A stretch of 64,000 bases of DNA from Pseudomonadota bacterium (GTDB taxonomy: Bacteria; Pseudomonadota; Gammaproteobacteria; Burkholderiales; Thiobacillaceae). The position numbers were made by a program, and so were the translations under genes. How positions within the stretch are numbered: position 1 is the first letter of the stretch; every line of letters starts with the position of its first letter. Of this stretch, positions 41,001 through 49,300 are shown piece after piece. The stretch is taken from positions 1,731 through 65,730 of the forward strand of contig JAJXTE010000003.1 in the NCBI GenBank assembly GCA_021784115.1, in the 5' to 3' direction. Under the pieces are notes generated by a model, which did no database searches, was not told the origin of the DNA, and saw only the letters and a list, made by a program, of their open reading frames with translations.

Positions 41001-42253
41001 ATGCCGTGCACAGATTGGCCCTCGCGCTGGCGCTGGCGTTTGCCATGGATGTCCGCGCCGACTATTTGCCCGACCCGGCCGCCGCCGAAGCCGCTCTGCG
41101 GGCTTCGCCCATGGTGGCGCAGGCACGCGGCGAATTCGCCGCGCAATCGCTGAAGAGCGAGAGCCTGACGCGCGGGCGCGAAGAGTGGACGCTGGGTGCG
41201 GATGCCCTGCAGCGCCGCATCGATTCCCCGCAGGACCGGTACACCGAGTGGGGCGTGGCGCTGTCGCGCCCGCTGCGGCTGCCCGCGCGCGCCGCGGCCG
41301 ATCGCGCCCTGGCCGGTGCGCTCACTGCCCATGCCGAAGCAAGCCTCGGCGAGGCGATGCACGAAAGCGGTCGGCAACTGCTTGCGCTGTGGTTCGACTG
41401 GCTGAACGAGGCCAGCCAGGCGCGGGTGTGGCAGGCCCAGGTGGCCCTGGCCGAACAGCAGCTTGCCACCGTGAATTCACGCATTCGCCTGGGCGAGGCG
41501 CCGCGTTCCGAACGCGTCAACGCCGAGGCGGCGCAGGCGCAGGCGCGTCTGCTGCAGCAGCAGGCGGCCACGCGCGAGCTGCAGGCGCGCAGCCGGCTGA
41601 CGGCGCAGTATCCAGGCCTGCCGGTGACCGCGGACGACGCGCTGGCAGAGCCGGCGCCGCCGCCGGGCACCGCTGACGACTACGTCGACGCCGTGCTCGC
41701 GCACAACCACGAACTGTTTCGTGCGCGCCGCCAGGCCGAGGTGTTGCGGGCCGAGGCGCGCCAGTTCGCCAGCCGCCGCAGCGTCGATCCCAACGTCGGC
41801 GTGTTCTACAAGAACGAAATGGGCGGCAACGAGCACCTGCTGGGATTGAGCCTGGGGTTGACGCTGCCGGGCGGGGCGCGGCATACGGACCAGCAGGCCG
41901 CCGAGCGGCTCAGCGCCACCGCAGAGGAGGCTGCCGTCCGGCTGGAGCAGCGCCTGCGCCAGGAAGCGCGCGCGGATTTCGAGGCGGCGGCAGGCCAGGC
42001 GGCGAACTGGCAGCAGGCCGCCCGCGCTGCCCAGGCGCTGGCGGAGGCGGCGCGACTGGCTGCCCGCGCCTACAGTCTGGGAGAAGGCAGTCTGGATCAG
42101 GTCCTGCTCAATCGCCGGCTGGCGCTGGAGGGCCAGTTGATGGCCCAGCAGGCGCAGCTTGCTGCCCTGGCGGCAGGCGCCCGGCTGAAGCTTGACGCGC
42201 ATCAGTTGTGGCCGCTGGACGTGGATGAGGACAGTGCACACACGCATCCGTAA
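40997..42253 (+). CDS. TolC-like outer membrane efflux protein
   Basis: The ATG overlaps the cusA stop (ATGA). Signal peptide ends VRA, followed by long Ala/Gln/Arg coiled-coil repeats typical of OEP proteins. The listed ORF 39821-42253 is an out-of-frame extension. Confidence 0.78.
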   Translation: MNAVHRLALALALAFAMDVRADYLPDPAAAEAALRASPMVAQARGEFAAQSLKSESLTRGREEWTLGADALQRRIDSPQDRYTEWGVALSRPLRLPARAAADRALAGALTAHAEASLGEAMHESGRQLLALWFDWLNEASQARVWQAQVALAEQQLATVNSRIRLGEAPRSERVNAEAAQAQARLLQQQAATRELQARSRLTAQYPGLPVTADDALAEPAPPPGTADDYVDAVLAHNHELFRARRQAEVLRAEARQFASRRSVDPNVGVFYKNEMGGNEHLLGLSLGLTLPGGARHTDQQAAERLSATAEEAAVRLEQRLRQEARADFEAAAGQAANWQQAARAAQALAEAARLAARAYSLGEGSLDQVLLNRRLALEGQLMAQQAQLAALAAGARLKLDAHQLWPLDVDEDSAHTHP

Positions 42254-42406
42254 AGCCGGAAAACGATCCGGTCGCGCGCGCCCTGAAGGGCATGCCGTGA
42301 TTGGCCGTGTCGGGAACGAATGAAGCCGCTGAAGCGCTGAAGAACGCCGATCACGGCGGGCAGAAACCCCGGGCCGAGGTGCAATCGCAGGCGGCAGCCC
42401 CTCCGT

Positions 42407-43165
42407 TCAGGGCTTGGCCGGTGCGGATGGCGTTTGGGCGGGTGCGGGTGGGGTTGCGCCGGGGCTCAGGCGCCGGGCCTCTTCCTGCATCGCGGCGATC
42501 TGTTCGGGTTTCAGTTGCCACACCAGGCTGTCGCGTGCCTTGGCGGCTGCCTCCACGCCCTGTGCGGCGGCGAGATTGAACCAGAGGTAGGCGCGCGCCT
42601 TGTCCATCGCGGTGCCGGTTCCGTAGCGATAGAGTTCCCCCAGGCTGTACTGGGCCTGGGCGTAACCGCGTTGCGCGGGTTTTTCGATCCAGCTGAAGGC
42701 GGCGCGGTAATCCTGCACGACGCCGCGTCCCTGCAGCAAGGCGAGGCCATAACGATATTGCGCTTCGGCCAGGCCCTGCTGGGCGGCGAGGGCAAACCAC
42801 TTGGCCGCCTCCTTGTCGTTCTGGATCACGCCATCGCCCTCGGCGTAGCGCATGCCCAACTGCAATTGCGCCTCACGATCGCCTTTCTCGGCCCGGGCGT
42901 GCGGCAGGCTCAGTGGCTCCTGCGCGGGCATGCGGCCACTCGGCTCGAGCGCAAGCCAGGCGGTGACGCCGACCAGCGTGCCGACGGCGGCCAGCAGCAG
43001 CAGCGGCTTCAGGGGACTGAAGGTCCAGAAGCGATGGCGGCAGTCGCGGCAGCGCAATGGTGTGTCCAGCAACAGGTGACGGATACCGTCATGGGCATGC
43101 AGCGTACCGCTCCGAACCTTGTTGCTTCCGCATTGTGGGCAGACGCGCGGCATGGCGTTCGTCAC
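42407..43165 (-). CDS. zinc-ribbon / TM / Sel1-repeat protein
   Basis: N-terminal CPQCG...CRDC, one TM helix, then three or four Sel1-type repeats (AQ.QLG..Y..G.GV..D...A..W). The start overlaps the upstream cytochrome stop. Confidence 0.8.
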   Translation of the reverse strand: MTNAMPRVCPQCGSNKVRSGTLHAHDGIRHLLLDTPLRCRDCRHRFWTFSPLKPLLLLAAVGTLVGVTAWLALEPSGRMPAQEPLSLPHARAEKGDREAQLQLGMRYAEGDGVIQNDKEAAKWFALAAQQGLAEAQYRYGLALLQGRGVVQDYRAAFSWIEKPAQRGYAQAQYSLGELYRYGTGTAMDKARAYLWFNLAAAQGVEAAAKARDSLVWQLKPEQIAAMQEEARRLSPGATPPAPAQTPSAPAKP

Positions 43166-43698
43166 CGTACCCGGCCGGCGAGATAATCGACCGCCGCCCG
43201 AACGTCGCCATCGGCCAGCGACGGGTTGCCTCCCCTGGCGGGCATCGCATTCCTGCCTTGCAGGGCCGAGGCGTAGAGGGCATCCATGCCTTGCGCCAGG
43301 CGTGGGCTCCAGGCACCGGCCTCCCCGATTACCGGCGCGCCCGTTATGCCCTTGTCATGGCAGAACGCGCAGTTCTGGCGATAGATTTGCTCGCCGTGTG
43401 CGGGGTCGCGTTGGTCTGCGACGGTGGCCGGCTCGCTGCGGGCCACCGCGGACGAGCCGTGTTGCGCGGAGAGGGGTGTATCGACGGGAGGGACAGGCCG
43501 GGCGGGTGTGGCCGCCGCGGGTGAGGCCTCGGCCGCGGCGCGGGCCCGCCGAGCGGGCGATTCTGGTTCGGACGTGTCGAGGGACACGGCCTGGTTCGGG
43601 GCGGGCGCGGCGTTCACCTTCGCCGTCACGTCTTCAGGTCCTTCGCAGGCCGCCAGCGACAGGGTAGCCAGCGTGGTCAGCATCGTGACGTATTTCAT
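43162..43698 (-). CDS. c-type cytochrome lipoprotein (cytochrome c5-like)
   Basis: Lipobox LSLAAC, a Pro/Ala-rich linker, and a single CAFCH heme motif with ...MPARGG... downstream. Confidence 0.8.
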   Translation of the reverse strand: MKYVTMLTTLATLSLAACEGPEDVTAKVNAAPAPNQAVSLDTSEPESPARRARAAAEASPAAATPARPVPPVDTPLSAQHGSSAVARSEPATVADQRDPAHGEQIYRQNCAFCHDKGITGAPVIGEAGAWSPRLAQGMDALYASALQGRNAMPARGGNPSLADGDVRAAVDYLAGRVR

Positions 43699-43762
43699 GG
43701 CCGCAGGCCCCCTTGTCTGTCCAGTGCGCGCGGCTGCACGAACCGTTGCGCGCACCACCGGC

Positions 43763-44560
43763 TTACAGCTTGCCGCCCCCTTCGGTCATCAGATAACCGA
43801 CGGCGTTGGCGAGATCCGCTTCGGGCAGAGCGGCGTTGCCGCCTTTGGCCGGCATGGCGCGAATGCCGTTCAGGGCATGGCTGTAAAGCGTCGCATAACC
43901 CTGGCTCACGCGCGGGCCCCACGCTGCCTTGTCGCCCATCTTGGGCGCGCCGGCTACGCCCGTGGCGTGGCAGGCAGCACAGTTGGCTTCGTAGACGGCC
44001 TTGCCCTTGGCCGGGTCGGCCTTGGGGGCCGCGCCCGCAGCAGCGGGCGCGGCCGGTGCGGCGGCTTCCGGCTCCTTGAATTTGGCGCCGGCCGCGTTGG
44101 CCATGTAGGCCACCGCACGTGCCACTTCCGTGTCGGACAGATCGGCGTCGCCACCGCGCGGGGGCATCTGGCGGATGCCTTCGATGGCATGCTTGATCAG
44201 GGTATCGTAACCCTGGCTGATGCGAGGGCCCCAGTCACCCTTGTTTTCAAACTTGGGCGCGCCCAGCGCGCCGGCCGTGTGGCACGTGGTACACACGGCT
44301 TCAAAGACTTCCTTGCCAGACTTTTCAACCTTGGGGGCGTTGGCGTCGACTGCAGCCAGCGTGGCAAACGGCTTGATGCGGTCGAGCGTTGCTTTCTGGG
44401 CGGCTTCGCTGGTGGTGTCGGGCTGGTGCTTGTCCTGAATGCTGAGCACCAGCAGAACGATCAGGACGATCGCCACCAGGGGTGCGAACAATCCGGCAAG
44501 AACGGAAATGATGATCTCCTGCGGGGTGGCTTGAGTCATCTTGGCGTGCGAATCGGCCAT
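43763..44560 (-). CDS. membrane-anchored diheme cytochrome c (two c5-like domains)
   Basis: AAGGA SD and an N-terminal TM anchor. Two repeats each carry CxxCH (CTTCH, CAACH) and MP.(R/K)GG. Confidence 0.82.
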   Translation of the reverse strand: MADSHAKMTQATPQEIIISVLAGLFAPLVAIVLIVLLVLSIQDKHQPDTTSEAAQKATLDRIKPFATLAAVDANAPKVEKSGKEVFEAVCTTCHTAGALGAPKFENKGDWGPRISQGYDTLIKHAIEGIRQMPPRGGDADLSDTEVARAVAYMANAAGAKFKEPEAAAPAAPAAAGAAPKADPAKGKAVYEANCAACHATGVAGAPKMGDKAAWGPRVSQGYATLYSHALNGIRAMPAKGGNAALPEADLANAVGYLMTEGGGKL

Positions 44561-44683
44561 GAAAGTATCCTTGGGGGGTGGCATCGAAAGCCGCGATTAT
44601 AAGGAAACCCACCCTGACAGGAAAGGGCGGGCGCCCGGCGGATGGACGCCACGTGGCAAAAACGCTATGCTTCGCGGCTCTTG

Positions 44684-44760
44684 GCGCCCGTAGCTCAGCT
44701 GGATAGAGTACTGCCCTCCGAAGGCAGGGGTCGTGCGTTCGAATCGCGCCGGGCGCGCCA
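44684..44760 (+). tRNA. tRNA-Arg (anticodon CCG)
   Basis: The cloverleaf folds by hand:
- Acceptor stem GCGCCCG/CGGGCGC.
- D arm GCTC..GAGT.
- Anticodon stem CTGCC/GGCAG with loop CTCCGAA.
- T arm GTGCG-TTCGAAT-CGCGC.
- Encoded CCA end. Confidence 0.9.
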
Positions 44761-44800
44761 GTTTTCCGGTCACAATTGGCTTCAGCCCCTTGTCACGCAA

Positions 44801-44831
44801 GGGTTTAAACTCCGCTCGGCGGGTTTAAACT
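44801..44831. repeat. two copies of GGGTTTAAACT spaced 20 bp apart
   Basis: Perfect 11-mers at 44801-44811 and 44821-44831, 33-63 nt upstream of the DUF971 ATG. These are AT-rich cores in a GC-rich genome. Confidence 0.85.
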
Positions 44832-44863
44832 TGGCGCTGAAGTTCATTTCGAGTGTTTCAGAC

Positions 44864-45262
44864 ATGGCCCATCCCACCCCTACCGACATCAAGTTGCATC
44901 AGGCTTCGCGCAAGCTGGAAATCGCCTTTACGGACGGCGCACGTTTCGAGATGCCGTTCGAATTCCTGCGCGTCTATTCGCCGTCCGCCGAAGTGCGCGG
45001 CCACGGCCCCGGCCAGGAAGTGCTGCAGGTCGGCAAGCGCGAAGTGCTGATCAACGCCGCCGAACCGGTCGGCCTTTACGGCATCAACTTCTTCTTTTCC
45101 GACGGCCACGATACCGGGATTTATTCGTGGGAATACTTGTACGATCTAGGCGTCAACCAGGCCGCCTTGTGGGACGAATACCTCAAGCGCATGGACGCCG
45201 CCGGCGCCTCGCGCGACCCCGGCATTTCCAAGATGTTCGAGCAGCGGCCCAAAGGGAAATAA
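44864..45262 (+). CDS. DUF971 domain protein (gamma-butyrobetaine-hydroxylase-like N-terminal fold)
   Basis: 132 aa. L.I.F.DG..F..P.E.LR..SPSAEV.GH...Q and DGH.TGIY.W..L are the DUF971 pattern as I recall it. The listed ORF 44642-45262 runs through the tRNA and is not credible upstream of 44864. Confidence 0.72.
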   Translation: MAHPTPTDIKLHQASRKLEIAFTDGARFEMPFEFLRVYSPSAEVRGHGPGQEVLQVGKREVLINAAEPVGLYGINFFFSDGHDTGIYSWEYLYDLGVNQAALWDEYLKRMDAAGASRDPGISKMFEQRPKGK

Positions 45263-45268
45263 GCTGCG

Positions 45269-46684
45269 ATGAGCAGTTCCTGTGCAGTGCCTCTACGCGC
45301 GCCTCTCGGGGCGCGTGTAGTTTTGGTGAGTCCCTACGAGCTCGGCCGGCAGCCGTTTAATCTGGCCCAGCCGGCCGCCTGGTTCGGGCGTGCGAACATC
45401 GCCGTCGCCTGCGTCGACCTGTCGCAACAGAAGCTCGATCCCGCGACGTTTGCGCACGCCGAATACGTGGCGATCTACCTGGGCATGCATACCGCCACGC
45501 GGATTGCCGCCGCCGCCCTGCCGAAAATCCGTGCCCTGGCACCGCGCGCCCGCATCGCGGCGTTCGGCCTGTATGCGCCGGTCAACGCCGCGTGGCTGAA
45601 AAGCCTGGGCGTGGAGGCGATCTTCGGCGGCGAGTCCGAGCCCGACCTGCTGGCCTGGGTGCAATCGGGGGTTGCGCCGGCCGCCACCGTGGTGCGGCGC
45701 GACAGGATTGAATTCCTGCTGCCCGACCGGCGCAGCCTGCCGGCCCTGCAGCGCTACGCCAAGCTGATCCTGGCCGACGGTACAGAAAGAATCACCGGCT
45801 TCGCCGAGGCCAGCCGCGGCTGCAAGCACCTGTGCCGCCACTGCCCGGTCGTGCCGGTGTACGAAGGCAAGTTCCGCATCGTGCCGGTGGAAACGGTGAT
45901 CGCCGACATCGCGCAGCAGGTCGAGGTGGGCGCTGCGCACATCAGCTTCGGCGATCCCGATTTCCTGAACGGACCGACGCACGCGCTGAAAGTCGCCGAG
46001 GCGCTGCACGCGCGCTTCCCCGATCTGACCTGGGACGCCACGATCAAGGTCGAACACCTGCTGGATCACGCAGACCTGCTACCGCGACTCCAGCAATGCG
46101 GCCTGCTGTTCGTCGTCACGGCAGTCGAATCGGTGGACGACGCGATCCTCGACCGGCTCGCCAAGGGCCACACCCGGGCAGATTTTGAAGCGGCGCTGGC
46201 GCACTGCCGCGCGCTCGGCATTGCACTCGCGCCCACCTTCGTCCCCTTCACCCCGTGGACCACGCTCGCGGGCTATCGTGAACTGCTCGCCACGCTGCTC
46301 CGGGTCAAGCTGGTCGAGGCCGTGCCGCCGGTGCAGCTGGCGATCCGCCTGCTGGTGCCGCAGGGTTCCCATCTGCTGCATTTGCCCGAATTTGCCGCAC
46401 GTGTCGGCGCCTTCGACGAGGCCCTGCTGGGCTACCCGTGGCAGGCCGACGACCCGCGCGTCGATGCCCTGCAGCGCGACATCATGGCCTGGGTGATGGA
46501 TGCCGAGAAAGCCGCCTTGCCGCGCACTGAGGTATTCGCCGGCATCTGGGCGCGGACGCACGCCGCGCTGGGCGAGGCCCAGCCGCCGCTCGATCCGGCG
46601 CAATTCGGTGCGGCCATCCCGCATCACTCCGAGCCGTGGTACTGCTGCGCCGAGCCGACCGAGACCCAGCTCGCCAGCTTCTGA
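45269..46684 (+). CDS. B12-binding-domain radical SAM protein with C-terminal CCAEP tail (CUAEP/CCAEP-tail family)
   Basis: CxxxCxxC cluster motif in SRGCKHLCRHCPV, and an N-terminal B12-binding-like region. The C-terminus is ...SEPWYCCAEPTETQLASF, with both Cys encoded by TGC. Confidence 0.82.
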   Translation: MSSSCAVPLRAPLGARVVLVSPYELGRQPFNLAQPAAWFGRANIAVACVDLSQQKLDPATFAHAEYVAIYLGMHTATRIAAAALPKIRALAPRARIAAFGLYAPVNAAWLKSLGVEAIFGGESEPDLLAWVQSGVAPAATVVRRDRIEFLLPDRRSLPALQRYAKLILADGTERITGFAEASRGCKHLCRHCPVVPVYEGKFRIVPVETVIADIAQQVEVGAAHISFGDPDFLNGPTHALKVAEALHARFPDLTWDATIKVEHLLDHADLLPRLQQCGLLFVVTAVESVDDAILDRLAKGHTRADFEAALAHCRALGIALAPTFVPFTPWTTLAGYRELLATLLRVKLVEAVPPVQLAIRLLVPQGSHLLHLPEFAARVGAFDEALLGYPWQADDPRVDALQRDIMAWVMDAEKAALPRTEVFAGIWARTHAALGEAQPPLDPAQFGAAIPHHSEPWYCCAEPTETQLASF

Positions 46685-46688
46685 CCAC

Positions 46689-47912
46689 ATGATGCCGCGC
46701 CTTCTGCTGCTGCTGCCCGCCGCGGGCTACGCCAACCAGGATTACATCGCCGCCGCCGCGCGGCTGAACGTCGAGCTCGTCACCTGCGCCGACTACTGTC
46801 ACCAGCTGGCAGCTGGCTGGGGCCTGCCGCCGCTGATGAGCGTGCCGTTCGACCAGCCCGAACGCGCCTTGCCGCAGGTGTTGCATGCGTTGAAGCAGCC
46901 GGTCGATGCGGTGCTGGCGGCGGACGATCGCGGACTGGCGCTGGCGGCGCAGCTGCGCGTTGCGCTGAAGCTGCCAGGCAATCCGCCCGAGGCCGTGACC
47001 ACGCTCACCGACAAGCTGCGCTTTCGCCAGTTGCAGCAGGCGATCGGCTTGCTGCACCCGGACTTTGTCAGGGTCAAGGATGACGACGTACGTGCGGCAA
47101 CCGCGCTGGGCTTTCCGCTGGTGGTGAAGGCACGCCGGCTGAACGCCAGCCGCGGGGTGATCCGCGTGGACGACGCGCAACAACTGGCGCGGGCGCTGAA
47201 GCAGGTCGAGCGCATCCAGGCGCGTGCGCAGCGCGACCAGGACGACCTGCTGGTCGAGCGCTTCATCCCCGGCGTCGAGGTCGCGCTCGACGGCGTGCTG
47301 TCCGGCGGCGCCTTGCGGGTGCTCGCCATGTTCGACAAACCCGATCCGCTCGATGGACCCTATTTCGAGGAAACGCTCTACATCACGCCTTCCCGCCTGC
47401 CGCCGGTGACGCAGCGCGAACTCGCCGCCGCGGTCGAGCGTGCCTGCGTGGCCGCCGGCGTGACGGAGGGCGTGGTCCACGCGGAAGCGCGCGTCAACGA
47501 CGCCGGCGTGTGGCTGCTCGAAATCGCGCCGCGTGGCATCGGCGGCCTGTGCGGGCGGGTGCTCGCCGCCACGCTCGGCATGGACACGGCGGAGATCGTG
47601 CTGCGTCACGCCGTCGGACTGCCTGTGCCGGCGCAGGCGAACGACAGCGCCGCTGGCGTGATGATGATTCCCATCCCGGCCAGCGGGATGTTTCAGGGCG
47701 TCGAGGGCCTCGACGCGGCGCGGGCCGTGCCGCATGTCACCGGCGTCGAAATCACGGCGCATCCGGGCCAGCTGGTCGCGCCGCCGCCCGAGGGCGCGGC
47801 TTATCTGGGCTTCCTCTTCAGCCGCGCCGCGACGCCGCAGCAAGCCGAGGCCGCTCTGCGCAGCGCCCACGCCGCGCTCGGCGTGCGCATCCAGCCGCTG
47901 GTCGCGCCGTGA
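46689..47912 (+). CDS. ATP-grasp domain protein
   Basis: Starts 5 nt after the radical SAM stop. ATP-grasp-like central region (DKLRFRQL...FPLVVKARRLNASRGVIRV...LLVERFIPGVEVALDGV...LLEIAPR). Confidence 0.78.
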   Translation: MMPRLLLLLPAAGYANQDYIAAAARLNVELVTCADYCHQLAAGWGLPPLMSVPFDQPERALPQVLHALKQPVDAVLAADDRGLALAAQLRVALKLPGNPPEAVTTLTDKLRFRQLQQAIGLLHPDFVRVKDDDVRAATALGFPLVVKARRLNASRGVIRVDDAQQLARALKQVERIQARAQRDQDDLLVERFIPGVEVALDGVLSGGALRVLAMFDKPDPLDGPYFEETLYITPSRLPPVTQRELAAAVERACVAAGVTEGVVHAEARVNDAGVWLLEIAPRGIGGLCGRVLAATLGMDTAEIVLRHAVGLPVPAQANDSAAGVMMIPIPASGMFQGVEGLDAARAVPHVTGVEITAHPGQLVAPPPEGAAYLGFLFSRAATPQQAEAALRSAHAALGVRIQPLVAP

Positions 47913-48790
47913 GCGTTTTTCATGCGGACCTCGCCGCCGCCATCAGCCGTGCCAGCGGCGCGCCTTTTACGGCGCAGGAGACGCGGTCCATGCATGGCGG
48001 CGACATCAGCGAGGCGTTCACGCTCGGCGACGGCGTACGCACGTTTTTCGTCAAGACCCAGCCGGCCGCCCGGCTCGCCATGTTCGAGGCGGAGGCGGTG
48101 GGGTTGGCCGACCTCGCGGCGGCGAACGCGGTGCGGGTGCCGCAGGTGGTCTGCCACGGCGTGGCAGAAGGCATGGCGTATCTGGTGCTCGAGCACTTGC
48201 CGTTGCGGCCGCACGGCGATGCCGCGCAGCTGGGGCGCCAGCTGGCGCAGCAGCACCGTGTCAGCGCCGACCGCTTCGGCGGCGCGCGCGACAACTGGAT
48301 CGGCGCCACGGCGCAGCCGAATGGCCCGATGGATGACTGGGTCGACTTCTGGCGCGAGCGGCGGCTCGGCTTTCAGCTGAAGTTCGCCGCACGAATCGGC
48401 TACGGCGGCGCCCTGCAGCGCGACGGCGAGGCGCTGATGGCGCGGCTCGAAGGCTTCTTCGTCGCGTACCGCCCGGCCCCTTCGCTGCTGCATGGCGACC
48501 TGTGGGGCGGCAATCACGGGTTTCTGGCCGATGGAATGCCGCTCATCTTCGACCCGGCGAGCTATCTCGGCGACCGCGAGTGCGACCTTGCCATGAGCGA
48601 ACTGTTCGGCGGATTCGCCCCTGCATTCCACGCCGCCTACCGGGAGACGTGGCCGCTCGATCCCGGCTATCCGGTGCGCCGCACGCTCTACAATCTGTAC
48701 CACATACTCAACCACGCCAACCTGTTTGGCGGCGGCTACGCCGCGCAGGCGCATCGCATGATGGCGCAGTTGCTGGCCGAGCTTCGATAG
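47909..48790 (+). CDS. fructosamine/ketosamine-3-kinase family protein
   Basis: The GTG overlaps the ATP-grasp stop (GTGA). Motifs: ...HGGDISEAF..., FVK, LLHGDLWGGN and FDPA.Y.GDRE.DLAM. Confidence 0.85.
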   Translation: MSVFHADLAAAISRASGAPFTAQETRSMHGGDISEAFTLGDGVRTFFVKTQPAARLAMFEAEAVGLADLAAANAVRVPQVVCHGVAEGMAYLVLEHLPLRPHGDAAQLGRQLAQQHRVSADRFGGARDNWIGATAQPNGPMDDWVDFWRERRLGFQLKFAARIGYGGALQRDGEALMARLEGFFVAYRPAPSLLHGDLWGGNHGFLADGMPLIFDPASYLGDRECDLAMSELFGGFAPAFHAAYRETWPLDPGYPVRRTLYNLYHILNHANLFGGGYAAQAHRMMAQLLAELR

Positions 48791-48798
48791 GAGATGCC

Positions 48799-49275
48799 AT
48801 GTGCCGGCGCTGGGTTCTGCTGCTTTCGTTTGTCGTCGCTGCCTGTTCCGGGCTGCCGCTGAATGCGGTGCCGCCCAAGCTGAGCGTGGCTGGTGTCGAC
48901 ATCAACAGCCTTGGGCTCTTCGAGCAGCATTTCGACGTCCGTTTGCGGGTGACCAATCCGAACGATTTCGATCTGACGATCGAGGCGCTGGAGTTCGAGC
49001 TGGAAGTGAACGGGGAGCCGTTTGCCAAGAGCGTGTCGCGCACGGGCATGCTGATCCCGGCGGCATCGAGCACCGTGGTGCAGATCGATGCGGTCACGCA
49101 ATCGAAGGACCTGATCCGGCAGTTCAAGACCCTGCCGCCGGAAAGCCTCAAGGAAGGCGTGCCCTACCGCATCAAGGGCCGGGTCAAAACCGACCGCTCA
49201 TCCCGCTGGCTGCCGTTCGACCACGCGGGCGTTTATGGGGGCAACGAGAACAAGCCGAAGGGCCAAGCCATCTGA
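48799..49275 (+). CDS. LEA_2 / WHy-domain lipoprotein
   Basis: Lipobox FVVAAC. Motifs: F.V.LRV.NPN.F.L.I..L.FEL.VNG..FA. Confidence 0.75.
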   Translation: MCRRWVLLLSFVVAACSGLPLNAVPPKLSVAGVDINSLGLFEQHFDVRLRVTNPNDFDLTIEALEFELEVNGEPFAKSVSRTGMLIPAASSTVVQIDAVTQSKDLIRQFKTLPPESLKEGVPYRIKGRVKTDRSSRWLPFDHAGVYGGNENKPKGQAI

Positions 49276-49300
49276 GCGGCAGTCTGGCCGCAGGAGGCGT

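Noticed and set aside
36903-41126. 1407-aa ORF on the minus strand, and similar very long antisense ORFs (24853-28350 minus, 51756-54185 plus, 147-1445 minus, 1925-3550 minus, 8339-9469 minus, 50086-51813 plus)
   Set aside because: They lie exactly opposite strongly supported genes (cusA, secA, the GGDEF-EAL gene, ftsI, murE, murG, ABC-F). They have Arg/Ala/Gly/His-heavy low-complexity translations and no recognisable motifs. This is the usual stop-codon-poor antisense frame of high-GC DNA.
46630-46684. Possible selenocysteine recoding in the radical SAM tail
   Set aside because: The tail reads CCAEP with both Cys encoded by TGC. There is no in-frame TGA and no obvious SECIS-like hairpin, so this member is the Cys form.
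44761-49300. Genomic island integrated at tRNA-Arg
   Set aside because: There is no integrase, excisionase or transposase gene. I did not find a direct repeat of the tRNA 3' end by eye, and the GC content looks like the rest of the window. It is kept only as a question within a finding.
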